Source of the DNA: Ophelia neglecta
Taxonomy: Eukaryota
NCBI GenBank assembly: GCA_965285935.1
Contig: OZ260665.1
Location: 53,258,001-53,322,000 of the forward strand
Reading direction: 5' to 3'
Length of the DNA: 64,000 nt
The translations under genes and the position numbers were made by a program. The notes below the pieces were generated by a model that worked only from the letters and a program-made list of their open reading frames with translations, was not told the DNA's origin and did no database searches. This document shows, one piece after another, positions 11,951 to 24,800 of this stretch (positions within the stretch are counted from its first letter, which is position 1; each line of letters opens with the position of its first letter).

Positions 11951-13400
11951 AAACGTCTTTTGGTAAGTAGGGGGAGCGGGCAAGACAAATTGAAATTCAT
12001 AAATGTCTCGTATTCAAGAGATCACTACCTAGTGGACGTGATGTCAGGATTAGATGCTTGCTTATACCGGAAATTATTGTTGTTAGAATTTTGACATTAA
12101 CGTAAGCGAAAAGTGCAAATTTTGGCTACAGATGAGCAAATAATTATGAAAAATTTGCAATTATTAGCAATTACTTAGAAATAGGAAAGATTTGTGTGAG
12201 AGTTCAGAGTAACTTGGAACTGAATAAAGTGTTTTTAAACCAAGGTTTTCCTAATATGTTAAGCAATATTTGAATAAATAGAATACCCCCGTCCCCCCGA
12301 CCCCTCCCCCTTATACATAAACACTTATAGTACCAGTTTGAAAATCAAAGTTTAACGAAATTTATAGCCTTGTCCCAGCATGGGCCCGTTCCTTGTATTA
12401 ATTATTAATTAATCAGCAAGACATGTACACCCTCCCACAGTGTACGTTGATTTAATTAGGTAGGCTTATTATATAAATCGATAATAATTATAGTCCTAGT
12501 AGACCGTATCGATTAATGATTAAACATTACCAAGTTGCAGTTAAGCTATGCTTTGTTGACTAGACCCCTATGTCTCCTTGTACCATGCTATTCTCTCGAA
12601 TGACAGGTCATGACATCATTGAAGAACACCCAATGTGCTCTTAAGCGAAAACTACTTAACGTGCATTAACTTAAAGTACCACAAGCTGTAAAAGCAGCTG
12701 TAGACTCCCCAGGGTGCGTGAATCGGAAAGCTTCAAGTGGTACATGCTCATCTCAAAGACTTGTTGGCATGACGATCAATGGATATATATACGCAATATA
12801 TAGAACGACGGTTACAGGCTGGGTTACTGAGCAGGTGATGTCAACAAAGGAAATACATTTGATTCAATCTAGGCAAAATATTTTTATTGCCCAAGCAGAA
12901 AAACATGGAATAATAATGAACGAGCAGTCATGCTTTGTTTAATCCTATCTGAATGTACGTCTTTGCGCTACCAAAAAGTACCAAGCAGTATAGAAAAACG
13001 CAGATGGCTCGCAGGTGGTTTTTAAGCCCGCACATTACTTTAAAAACACCATTAACTTTCGGATATTATTGTGCCGAAGATGTCGATTCGCGGTTTATGT
13101 TACAAATTCATACTCTGGCTTATATAAGTGTTCTAATTAAATCATCCATGCGGTTATTAAAACATGGGGTTTAATTCAAGCTGTATTCATTCCTTTTCCA
13201 CGAAACAGGTTTATTAGAAAGAACACATAATATGCCATTATGAAGTTCTCATGAACGATCTGTGTCATAGTGAGACTAATTGGAAAACAAAGCTTCTTTG
13301 TAATGGTGGATAATGTTATTAAACTGATGAGGGGTCGGGGTGCCAGGCGACATCGGAAGCATTTTTCATCGAGCATCTCAAATCGACTATGTTGGAATCG

Positions 13401-13637
13401 GAAGCAGCTCCTTCCATCTTCAGCCCTCTGTAATCAGCTCATTAAATCTGTAGGCGGCGGTTATTAGCTTCTTCCATCTATATGTACCTGTAAGCAGCTC
13501 CTCCCATTTGTAGGCGTCTTTAAGAAGCTCCTTCCATTTGTAGGCGTCTTTAAGCAGCTCCTTCCATTTTTAGGCGTCTTTAAGCAGTTCCTTCCATTTG
13601 TAGGCGTCTGTAAGCAGTTCCTTCCATCTGAAGGCGG
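13401..13637. repeat. 30-bp minisatellite, ~8 units
   Basis: Consensus TAAGCAGCTCCTTCCATTTGTAGGCGTCTT in exact 30-nt register; four near-perfect units at 13491-13610 with more diverged units on the left. Confidence 0.95.
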
Positions 13638-14420
13638 ATACGGGTGACGCTCGACTTTGTGCTCATGCCCATATAACAAATCACACAGGCCATGTCGCAT
13701 GTACATGGGTAAATACAGTGTTTAGGATTTCAACTTTGATTAGCATCATGGTGCATGCTCAGGAGCAATATGTGGATATAACAAAATGGAATATCTTTAG
13801 TTGTTATTTCACCATTGCCCTCACGACGGTATAGGAAGGTTGTAGGTCGTGGCAAATACCCATTGCCAAGCAAAGGTGGTGTCGTTTATGAACAGACCCG
13901 TCATACCAACCAAATGCGTAAAATTCTACTTTAGGACTCAATAGAGGTCGAATAAGCTGGTATGTTTGTCACATGTTTGCATCTGTACTCTGAGAGTTTC
14001 TTGATTCATACTCAGATGGTTACTCAAAGGCCCTTTCCGCCGCCTCTACGTTCTCTATGCTTTCGGCCAGGCCTCCGTGTAAAGCCACGTAATACATTAG
14101 TCGCCATAGTTTGTAGTGTTTTGTGTCCAAAGTTATCTAAGTCATAATCCCATATAAATTGCATCGTGAAAATCCCATTCTTTCAAAAGCCCCTATCCGA
14201 GCTGTGTGCTTATGTCAAAAAAGTCATTAGGTAACATTGTGGTGAATGCCTGTCCACTAGCCGATGTGAAACAAGGATGCAGGACAACAATGTTTTTTTT
14301 TTGTAATCGGATTAATATAACTGATATAAATGATAATCAGACTTTTGATTTAACAATATAGCTCTCATGGCATCGGAATATTGTTAAATCGCCTTATATA
14401 TGTACAAAGTTAGACTGTTC

Positions 14421-14636
14421 GTTCCTGACGATTTCAGTCCGATTTAATGGACTATTCTAGATTAAAGATATTGCTTCGTCTGCCGGGTAGCCACCCCCGT
14501 ATTTTAGCTTTGGGCTAGGGATTAGCTATGTGGACCTGTGACTGGGTTCCTGATGATTTCGGACCGATTAAATTAACTATTCTTGATTAATGACTTTGCT
14601 TTGTCTGCCGGGTATACTTTTAAGTGTTTTTAGCTT
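14421..14636. repeat. Diverged tandem duplication, period 125 bp
   Basis: GTTCCTGA.GATTTC...CCGATT.AAT..ACTATTCT.GATTAA...GTCTGCCGGGTA at 14421 and 14546. Confidence 0.8.
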
Positions 14637-17600
14637 GTGCGTATAGTTAACTTTACCTGATCTACCGGGCATAAGAAAGAACATGCATGGCTTGAACTTA
14701 CATGAGGAAAAGAAAAAAAGCTCAAATGAACCAATTAATATATGTGAATAAGGCAAGATTCCATACAAACTACACGTATATACAAACAATCTAAATATCA
14801 GAAATATGTACGTGTGCGATTTTAGGTGACTGGAAGCTTTCAGGGGGAATCATCGATGGCCATGTTTATATTTCGGTGCACATGCCCATTAGTGAAGAGA
14901 GCTTTCTTCTGTAAATTTCCACCTAATTACCCTGACTCGTGGTATCCTTGGCCAAGACCGACGAAACACGGGAAAATAAAAAAAGTTAATTATTGTATTC
15001 CGACAAGTACCTAGTCCTCTCAGCGCCCTCTGCTTACGAGTAAGCGTATTTATAAAACAAAAGTGTGCCTTACGGAAACAAATGCTTTAAAAATCGGACA
15101 TCTAATACAAAGAGCCAGAAGAATTCTATACACTCCGTGGGACCCTCAGTCCGTCTCAGGACGACATTGCACATAAGATGGCTGTCCAATTGCACACAAA
15201 AAAAGAGGGAGTGTAATTACAAGAACGAAAGTAGTCGTTCACTCAATGACAAAACAAGACGCAAAGAACAAGCAACTGGAGCATTAATCAAGAGTTGACT
15301 GATGTTTGTGCCATTATAACGTATAGGCAAGACAATGTTCCGTCTCCGAGTAGGAGAGTAAACATGCCTTGAAGCTCCTCTAGATTTAGTAATATGAAGA
15401 CCCGGAATAAAGTATTATATATTAACCTTTTAGAATGAAAAAATGTACCTGTCCTCCTGCTCATGGTTTGTCTACATATTATTTTATAACTTTATAACAT
15501 GTTTAATGTTATAAGAAATTGGTTCACACTCTTTGTTACTCACTCCGAATGTCTCGGCACTTGAACACCATAGAGCGGTGACTATCAGCATTGGAATTTA
15601 AAGACAAAACTCGTGGCCATTCAGCTTTGTAACTACCTCGACTAGGCTACATCTCGGCTTCTACTATGTGAAAAGCCAAAAACAGCATGAGTTATTACCA
15701 ATATAACCCAAGAGTATAAGTAGTACCCTTTTGTCGCCTGTTAGTCTAAGTGTATTGCCTTGGTGGGAATCATTATATATAATCAACCGTTTGTCCTCGA
15801 AGGATACCTCTTACAATTGACAGGTTGGTAAACTCTTTCGACCAACAGCAGCTTGACATTTTGCCCACACTGGTCCTAAGTTCAGCATTAATGAAGACCG
15901 TGGGCATGATAGATCAATAGATAGAAGCGGTTATGCAGACAAGCATGAACCAAAACACTCCCACGAACACACCGGCGTCATAAGATGACCCTGAATTGCG
16001 TTTTACGAAGAAAACCTCCTCGCTATAGATTATTCAACATCTTTGAATAGTTTGAGCCTTAAGAGGCATATTAGCATGCTGCAAATATTGAAGAGTGATA
16101 CAACATATTTTGTGCATTAAGAGAAGTGTGGTTTGGGATGTATTATTGACTGGTGACATGTAAGCAGACTGATTGACACACCATAAGAAATAGTTAGCCC
16201 CCATGCAGACGCATCATTGGTACAAAATATTGTTAAACCTTCGTTATTATTCGTTAATTACAATGTTTTGATTTATTTAAATTGTATAGAATGGAAACGT
16301 ATAATTTGGTGTGCAGGTTCCTGCTCAAAGAGGTTTTGAGCCTCACTTGCCCGCGGATTGATTTGCTATATTGTGGCAGATTTCGATTTCGTAGTAGGCA
16401 ATATGTCTTAAGCCGCAAACATGCTAAATATAGTTATTTGTGGATTTAAGCCAGGCATACTGTACCCAATAGGTTGTATATAACCAATATCTTTGTTTTT
16501 TCTGCAGGGTAAGTTGATGAACACTTTGGTATCAAATTTCTTTTACTTTAATCATTATCGTGGAATCATATTTTTCTTCTTCTCAAAATATTTTTTTTTT
16601 CTTAGATCCCAGATTCATATTTCTTTCAACAGAAATCAGTTAGGTTTTTTAGAGATCTGTATGAGCCCCTGTTATCAAATGGTTGCTGCCTAAGACAAAA
16701 TGCTGAAGTCATCTTTTTACCAGTTTCAATCTCTAAGCCTACCTTTTTTGTGTGAACACAAAACTCATAGGCCTAAGAGTAGATGATCTTTCTGCAAGAT
16801 CCAGTTTCGTAAAGCTATTAAGCATAGCTTGCCGGCGGTATTCCCGGCAATCTCACTCTCAAGCGGCAAAACAAGAAATATTAGTACATTTTAAAGTCAA
16901 TTACAATACTTTGATATTGTTGGTCAGAAGACACGTTTGATGTTGGTACGCTAGCTATGCTCTACACATTACAAAAAAACACAAAAGCAGTTTTTTTTCA
17001 CGACAGGCAGAGGCTTTTCACCAGCGGAACAAACACAGCAGCAAGATATTTGAGACCGTAGAGGGTTTATCAGCCAATCGACAATCTAGGAGCTGACTCC
17101 ACGCTGCCTCCGTTGACTGGGAGTGACAACGCCAGTAGAGCTACTTTACACATGGTAAAAATGAATAATCGGAAATAATCGAGCACAAACATCCATAAAA
17201 GATTCAATAATGCCTTGTACTTTGTTTTCACCTTCGTGGCTAGTCTACAACAGCTCAAGATAACAAGTCTTCTGACTATAGAGCACCGGCAAACATGAAC
17301 AAACTCGAAGTGCCCAAGGCAAAACCCACCTCATCATCTAACCGTAACACTGTTATAAAACCTGCAGAAACCATCCCAACGGCGACTGAAACACAGAAAC
17401 ACAATTTACAACAGGCTCGTCTGAGAAACTAATTGGCAGGATGGACAAATGGGTATGTGTATAGTTGATAACTACGTTTATGTGCGTGCCTTCGAGCATG
17501 GGAAAACAACTAAGATTAAAAGGGCATCCAGTTTAGCAGACTCGATGTAGAAATCACTAGTGTAGGCCTTCTACACTAAAATGTGAGATTTTGGGTGTTT

Positions 17601-20599
17601 TTTTGGCGAACATAGGAACAAATATGATTCTGACTAAAAGATATATAACCACACCTCCTCTTCTTGGAATGTTCAAAGAAATATTATTTCTGATAGGCGT
17701 TTTTATTTCTTTGTTAATACTGGCAATTTGGAAAACAGAAAATAAGATAATGCTAAAACAATGACCGCAAAGAAGCCTAATCCCTGGATGGGCGTGTGTA
17801 ATATAACAAGAAAAGACAAATGGATATAAAAATAAAGTCATTATCATCCAAATAGTGTCACTCCGGTGCATTTTATATTCATATTAAGGTCATATCCCAT
17901 GGGCCTGGCAAGTTGTATAAAGACGATAATTTATGGGGAAATCCATTGTCCCGCCGTCAGGGTAATAGGCATATATATCAAATAACAATTCCTTCCTTCA
18001 TTGTGGTATTCGTAAACTGTTTATAAGTGAAATTTGAATAGGCCTGTATTGTGCCAGTATTAAAATGCCAGATGATTGTTCAGCACTTGGCAGTTCGAGT
18101 TACTAATTGAACGTATTCTCCATAAAACACCAAACGCGGGAGTGGATAGCCAGGTAAAACGCTGTATCCACTTTTTATTACGCAACTAACAACGAATTAT
18201 GATCATTTTTAAATGAGAAAAATAAATAAAACAGTTTTACTCCAAATATGTAAATACTATAAAATACGCTGTTCACCTGCCTGACTATGACCAAAACACT
18301 CAGATGACAGGGTGTATCATTTTCATTGCACGCACAAAAATATATTCAGCTTCCTTTCTATTTACATACTGTATTTATTGCACTATTATTGGCTGATGAA
18401 TTGTCTTTGTCTCTCGGTATCCACTCCCAGCCGTTTTTTGGCGGATATTGGAACAAGGGGCAGTGCAAAACAACAAAAATAAATCAATCTACGCTCAGAC
18501 AAATGTGCCTGTTACTATTATATCTCTACATGTTTCAATTGCAAGTATATTATTGAAAGAAGTGAGTGAAGACCCGGCAGACACTGCAATATCATTGCTC
18601 AGGAAATATCAAATAATTTGGCCCGACTTTATCGGGAACCAATTCAGATGCGGGGAACCAGAGTGGGTCGAAGAATATTTTTCCGTTTATGTAAGAGTAG
18701 ATATTCTTAATTCTTAATAAAATATCGATAGTTTTTTCTGTCTGAGTCACATGGACCAGCCGTTCACAGACCTTCTCTTAACCGCAATACACACTCATCT
18801 CAAGCAGACATGATTATCCGTCACAGTGATGACTCGTTTGAGTTTGTAAGATGATCTTCCAATTCGCAATTGCGCATTGAAGACAATTTTTCCTGCGGAG
18901 TACATATATATCCTGTGTTCTCAGGAAGAGGCAAACAATAATTTAACATCACGAAGCTACAGTGTTATACTTAACTTATTCTACATCGCATTGAACACTG
19001 CCAGGACAAAAGAAAAAGACACCTCGATTGTTTAATTTAAATTAATAGACAGAGTTTGTACAAACCTATAAAGTAAGAAGTAGCTACTTAATCGATGAAA
19101 AGGAAAGGCTGCTAAGACAAGCATTTGCTTATTTCTTAATACATCCACTAAAATGAATTTGGACGAACTAGGCTATTGTGAAAGTAGCCGCTGTCAATTG
19201 TGTATAAAACCAGTTTTACCAAGAAATTGCCTGCTGCAACATTGGTAATTGAGTAGCTTCAAGTCTGCATGAGCGCTGACTGCATAGCTCCAGTGTGCTT
19301 GTCCGAAGTAGCGACGCCGCCAGGCTGACGCTAGAGACACGAGCCATTATCAAAAGACACACTGTGACCGTCAGTCATATCGTAGCTCTAACAGCTAGGA
19401 AGGAATAGCACGGCGTTATTTCTTCATTAAGCAAAGTTGGTGTCAACTTTTCATTATATTTGGCGAGGTAAATGTAATACCATTGGAGGGTAGACGCCCG
19501 TCCGGTTGTTGTGCATGAGGACATGAATGTTTTGTGCATCTGTGAATGTTTACTAACAAACTTTCCATTATTGATTGCACACTTATTGTTGGTTATCGAC
19601 CCTAACAAATTCACCAGTAAGGAGGCACACACTCTTGACTCCTGAAGGAAAGCTTTAGCTTATATTTGGATGCCCAAAATATAAGATCATATTGCTGACA
19701 ACTCGGATCCATATGGATATGATTTTAATAAGTAATGATGAATTTAGCAGCACTGCCTCACGGGTACACTCTGGATGGAATAAAATCATCGTTCATTGGC
19801 GTATTACGAGTGATCGGCCCATACACTCATTGCAGAAATTGCAATCTGTCCAGCCAGCTTTATTTTGATTATCTACTGATATGGTGAAATCCATATATGC
19901 TAAGGCACCAAGAACAAGGTAACTCTGTAACTCGACCACGAGTTTGTTCAAGTGAAAAATTATTTCAAATTTCTGGTGAGTTCATATTCTACATATTCTC
20001 AAGACTTCTTTGATACATATTTCGTAAAAGATATTAAATTATTAATCATCAGATATATGAATACAAATTCCTTTAGAATTTCTATCTGATGATTTGTAGT
20101 GATAACATAGACATTTTATTTTCCCGATGGCCAATTTCATCAAACCAGGTTAATTACTTAATTTAAATCAAAGTATGCCAGGACAGTATGTTCCTGATTT
20201 GATTTATGAAAAGAGAAGTGTGAGCAAAATAATGTTTTCATCAACACTATCGAATATTAATAAAGGAGTACAAACGTCGAAGCTTATCACGGCATAGTCG
20301 TATAGGCTCAAACTTTATAGTAGTACACTAGCCTGAAGCGGCTTAGTTACGCAGAGAATATATTGCTCGTTTCGGCCAAACTCTTTCTCGGAGGAATTTT
20401 TTTTCCAAAAAACTAAAGTTTAATTTTCGAAAAGTTACAATCCCATTCGTGGTTGAACGACCAGAAAGTGGGTTTTCCGGGGCACTATAACAAGATGCAG
20501 TAGTTACTTCACTGAAAGGAAGTTCATTTATATTTCACCCCAGCTGTTCCAGTTCGAGCCTTTGAAAATGTATGGTTTCCATTCCGCAATATAAATATA

Positions 20600-20633
20600 T
20601 GTTGTGATTTTGCAACATTTTATGTCGTTGCAG
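20600..20633 (+). promoter_or_regulatory. Probable 3' splice acceptor of the exon carrying CHST-like copy 2 (exon would start at 20634)
   Basis: T-rich tract ending TTTTATGTCGTTGCAG|G, 135 nt upstream of the ATG, similar spacing to copy 1. Confidence 0.5.
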
Positions 20634-20768
20634 GAAATCACGTAGTCTTCATGGTGCGGGAGATTCCTATTTAAACTTGGTCCACCGTATTCTACGTTAA
20701 ACGGCTTACCAGCGTTTAATAATATGGATATCTTATAAGGGAACTTCTTCACCTGACCCGGAGATGAT

Positions 20769-21788
20769 ATGCTTTTGAGGCAACTAAATGTGGTAAAAAG
20801 AGTCAAAGTTAAACCGAAATCCAAACAGAGGACAATAGTGGCTTATTTCCTCTGTGGGTTTATAAGACGTTCATTGCAAACACGTTTGATAACGGTGTGT
20901 TTATTGGGTTTGTGCTTTCCATTTTACATGTTGTATCTTAACCATAATATAACTCATCTGGAAGGAAAACAGGAAGAAAGCGAGATGAGCCAGCCAGCTG
21001 CAACTAAAAATCGCTCTCTTGTCTTCAGTAACAACGTGCTGCGAGGAGAGGACAGGCGGATGGTGGTCTTCCTATTGGACAGTGACGCTAACCCCGAACC
21101 CGTTGAGACCTTATTGAAATCTCATTCCCGGGTCGTTTTCGTCGATGAACCTACTCAACTGGCCTCCAATTTAGCCAATTCTTTCCCAGCCGTAGACAGA
21201 TCCAATCTGCTTACCAGCCTCATGGCTTGTGACAAGAGTGCCTTGCCCCACTTGGTTGACCTTGCTAACGATCAGTTGCTGGACCCTGGAGATTCTCCCT
21301 GGTGTAGCCCGCGTCTAAGACAAATCAACAACAACAAGGATGTATTTTGTAGACCACCATCCAAGCAACGATTTGTCAAGCTGTGTCGGTCTAACCATAT
21401 TGTCGTTAAAATGAGCAATTTCTCTGAATTGGCTAGATTGATTAACACAAACGAATTTCATAAAGAGACTCGCTTCAAAATCGTTCACATTTCGCTGATG
21501 CAGAACAACGTAAGCAATATAATATCGTTACTTGCTGGCGACGCCACAAATGATCCAAAACCAGACCAGTACAGGAACTATTACTGTGATTGGTTTACAT
21601 CAGGAAACACGATGGGCAAAGTTTTGGAATTATACAATTTCTTAGACTTTTATCTCGATAACTGGACTATTGGATGGCTCGCGTCTTTGGGAGTTACATA
21701 TAGGATTCCCAATTATGTGGTTGACGTTCCCCAAACTGTACCAGCACATAGAAACCAGCATTTACATCTGCCCATTGAAAAAACTTGA
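20769..21788 (+). CDS. Carbohydrate 6-O-sulfotransferase (CHST1/3-7 family)-like type II membrane protein, copy 2; PAPS-binding motifs degenerate
   Basis: 339-aa ORF collinear with 853-1839 (roughly 55% identity by eye). TM LITVCLLGLCFPFYMLYL; blocks LLKSHSRVVFVDEP, LLTSLMACD, LCRSNHIVVK, FKIVHI, KVLELYNFLDFYLD; several N-glycosylation sequons (NIT, NRS, NFS, NVS, NWT). Confidence 0.88.
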   Translation: MLLRQLNVVKRVKVKPKSKQRTIVAYFLCGFIRRSLQTRLITVCLLGLCFPFYMLYLNHNITHLEGKQEESEMSQPAATKNRSLVFSNNVLRGEDRRMVVFLLDSDANPEPVETLLKSHSRVVFVDEPTQLASNLANSFPAVDRSNLLTSLMACDKSALPHLVDLANDQLLDPGDSPWCSPRLRQINNNKDVFCRPPSKQRFVKLCRSNHIVVKMSNFSELARLINTNEFHKETRFKIVHISLMQNNVSNIISLLAGDATNDPKPDQYRNYYCDWFTSGNTMGKVLELYNFLDFYLDNWTIGWLASLGVTYRIPNYVVDVPQTVPAHRNQHLHLPIEKT

Positions 21789-21890
21789 GCATATCAAACC
21801 GAAAGTGTGTCATCGTATATAAAACATTTATTTCTGGAAGTCTTTCAAGTCAATTTTTATTGATATGTTTTTATTTAATAATAATTAAAA

Positions 21891-21896
21891 AATAAA
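21891..21896 (+). terminator. Candidate polyadenylation signal of CHST-like copy 2
   Basis: AATAAA about 100 nt after the stop, in a U-rich context; weak evidence in AT-rich DNA. Confidence 0.3.
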
Positions 21897-24800
21897 ATTT
21901 AGACCAATATAATGTGAGCCCTAGTTAATGTGAACTCCGCGATTAATTTCGAGCTCCGTTTCTGCATTTGCAATATTCGCCCAATGTATTCTGTGAATTG
22001 GTCAGGAAGTCCTGTGGCCCGTATACGGCCCAGGGCCCGAGTAGGGCTAAATGCCCTGTAGGGCAATGCCTGAATCAGTGTTCATGTCGGTGGTGCTTCC
22101 AAGTGAGACCTACTCCGCAAACCTGTTCAGATTAGCACAGTAAGATACCGGCTGCGATCCTACCTTTTTTACCAGTGTCATTCTTGATTCTATGTGTTAC
22201 ACTTGTTTATTTACCGTCTCTCGATTATTTTCGCTTGATGTACCTTTAATAGATATATTATACTCTTCTGTAAGGAGGCATACAGGCAAATAAATAAACA
22301 AAGACCTTGGTATCGTTGGCGACTGTTCAGCAAATGTCTGTATAACTTAGGGTACATTGATACGGCCTATATGTGCCAAAAAGACTATTCCTGATTCAAT
22401 GTCGCACTATATCTCACCCCAGTGGGGGAAGATCACATTCACAGCCTTCTCATCCTCATAAAAAGACAAGTCAACTGCACCCCCCAATAATAAATTAAAC
22501 CCATATAGTCATCACCTCCTCAAACACTATGGGTATAAGTGAATTCCATATAGCTCTACACCGAGTCCGAAGATGTTGTTCGTTGTTCGATCAAAACGTC
22601 ATATTAAAAGTTATGGTTTTGCTCGGTAATCCATTAAAGCAATATGACTGTTCATAGTAATTTTCAATTTATAGACCTTTTATAACGTTTCTATCAACGT
22701 AAATTTCTGGATCAGGATTCCATTCGAATAATAAGAGGATGAATCGACATTAAGCTAGGCGACGACCCGTTTCATCAATAAGGAAGGAGCAAGAGGTGAA
22801 GCGAGTCTCGCATTATATTGAAACATTGGGCGATTACCTAGAAATGCCTTGGTGTCTGTATGTGACACGTTTGCTATTTTTTGTTGAAAAGAGTTTCTCC
22901 GTTATCTGAGATCCAACAATGTGTTTGTTAGAATAAGGGGTATTTAAATTAGGGTCAATGGGGAGGGTAAACTGAAATATGCAACAGCAACAAAAATAAT
23001 CCTCTAACACAAACAAATTATCACTTTCGATAAGAAAATACGTGCGTCGGTCTGTTTAAACTACTAAAACCCAATGTTTGAAATAACACAAACAGCTGCC
23101 TTTTTTACTGATCAAGGCGTAGAATCAACAAGAACACGACAAATGATTGATTAACGATTCTCAAATCTCAGCAACTGCATCATGAACACGAGAAGGTGTT
23201 GAATAATTTAGTTTGGTGTCACTTTCTTTATTGCCTCTAGTCGTAATCAAGGTTATATTTTTTCTCACGTCGCGTTGTACCCTTATATGTTTCAGTCTGC
23301 TGTAATTTAAACAATTGAGAGTTTGTCTGATGAGATAATACCTCTTGGTTTCATTCTTCTCTGCCATTAGAAATACTGGTGATTTGTGAACTGATCTCAT
23401 TCATGAGCCGCCCTGTAATTAATGTTACACGGCAATAAAATACCATTTGAATGGAATCGATTGGCATTGGAAAAGACATGAAACTTATTGCCAAGCAATG
23501 AAAGCAACTTCTTTGTGTGGAACAACAACGAAAACTAGCTGGCGTTTTTCTTACATGAAGTCACTGTTTTATGACTAGCAATGATTACCGCCCTTTTATA
23601 TACATACTTCAACTGCCGGAAAAAAAACACTGAGTCGAAAAACAACCTCCCTGTTGGCTTTTTCGTCGATCAAAGAGATAATTTGATCTGGTGACTAGAT
23701 GATAATACGATGTCTTCAAGAGCGATAAATTGTTGCTTCACAGAATGCAAACAATTATCGTAATTATAACGTCATCTTTTGCAACTAATTTGGGATTTGC
23801 AAACATCATAGGTCACATTGGTGGATAAAAGTTGTTGTTTGTGGCTGAGTCCTCATGATGTCATGTAGGATATACAAAAATGACCTTATAAGGTGGTAGA
23901 ATGTAACTAGTGCAATGTCACGGCTAGAGTATGTAAAGCAAGATAATCAAAAAGGTCATTAGAGTCAGCATCACAGCAATCTGCTTTTGATTAAAAGCGG
24001 AAGTGTGGAGCCTCGTGGAGGTAAATCCTGGAATTAGAGCACTTGACTTATCAAACCTGTCTCCAGCCCTTTCCCAACCTTAAATCTAACCCTCAGCTCT
24101 AACCCTAGCTTGTTGACCGTTGTGTTTTCACACTTAAGTTTTCTGTGTACTAACCTGACTAATACCACGCCCCCATTTAATCAATTGGGTGTTTGGCACT
24201 GATGTTACTCAGGCAACCGGAAGTTAGGAACCTTATCCATGTTATATATCACGTAGAAAATATTCGAGCTCATATAGGACGACATTTTTCTTGTGTCTGA
24301 CTATGCAGATGGACAAAATATGGCAAATGTGCTGTAGCGGATACTAAAAATGAAATCATACTTGGACGTGACCAACATTTATTTAAGAAATGTAATTCGA
24401 ATTGGAGCCACAACATCTGACAAACATTCGGGCAACAGTCGCCGAATTTGAGGTAAAATTAACAGCTGACTATACAAACAATTGGCACAACACATAATTT
24501 AAAACCTTTCTTTTTATATGTATATATGTAATGCATATATAGATAAATATTCCAGTTACACTTTCAAACAAGTATTGTCAAACCAAATAGGTTGCCCCGA
24601 AGTAAATTGAGTTGCTCCAGCTCATGGACAACCAAAAACAACTTCTCAAGCAGCTGCCTGCAAAAGTATGTTCAATAACATTGAAGGAAAAGATAATAAT
24701 GCAGGAACAAATGGAATTTGTAAAAATTGTGGCTTTTCGTCTTGACAGCAAATGCCACTGAAACCTCAAAGCTTTACGCTAATCTGAAGACGACTGATGT

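Noticed and set aside
13401-13637. CRISPR-like appearance of the 30-bp array (and of the 41958-42296 array)
   Set aside because: Units are contiguous or have short related linkers, with no unique 25-45 nt spacers, no cas genes and a eukaryotic context.
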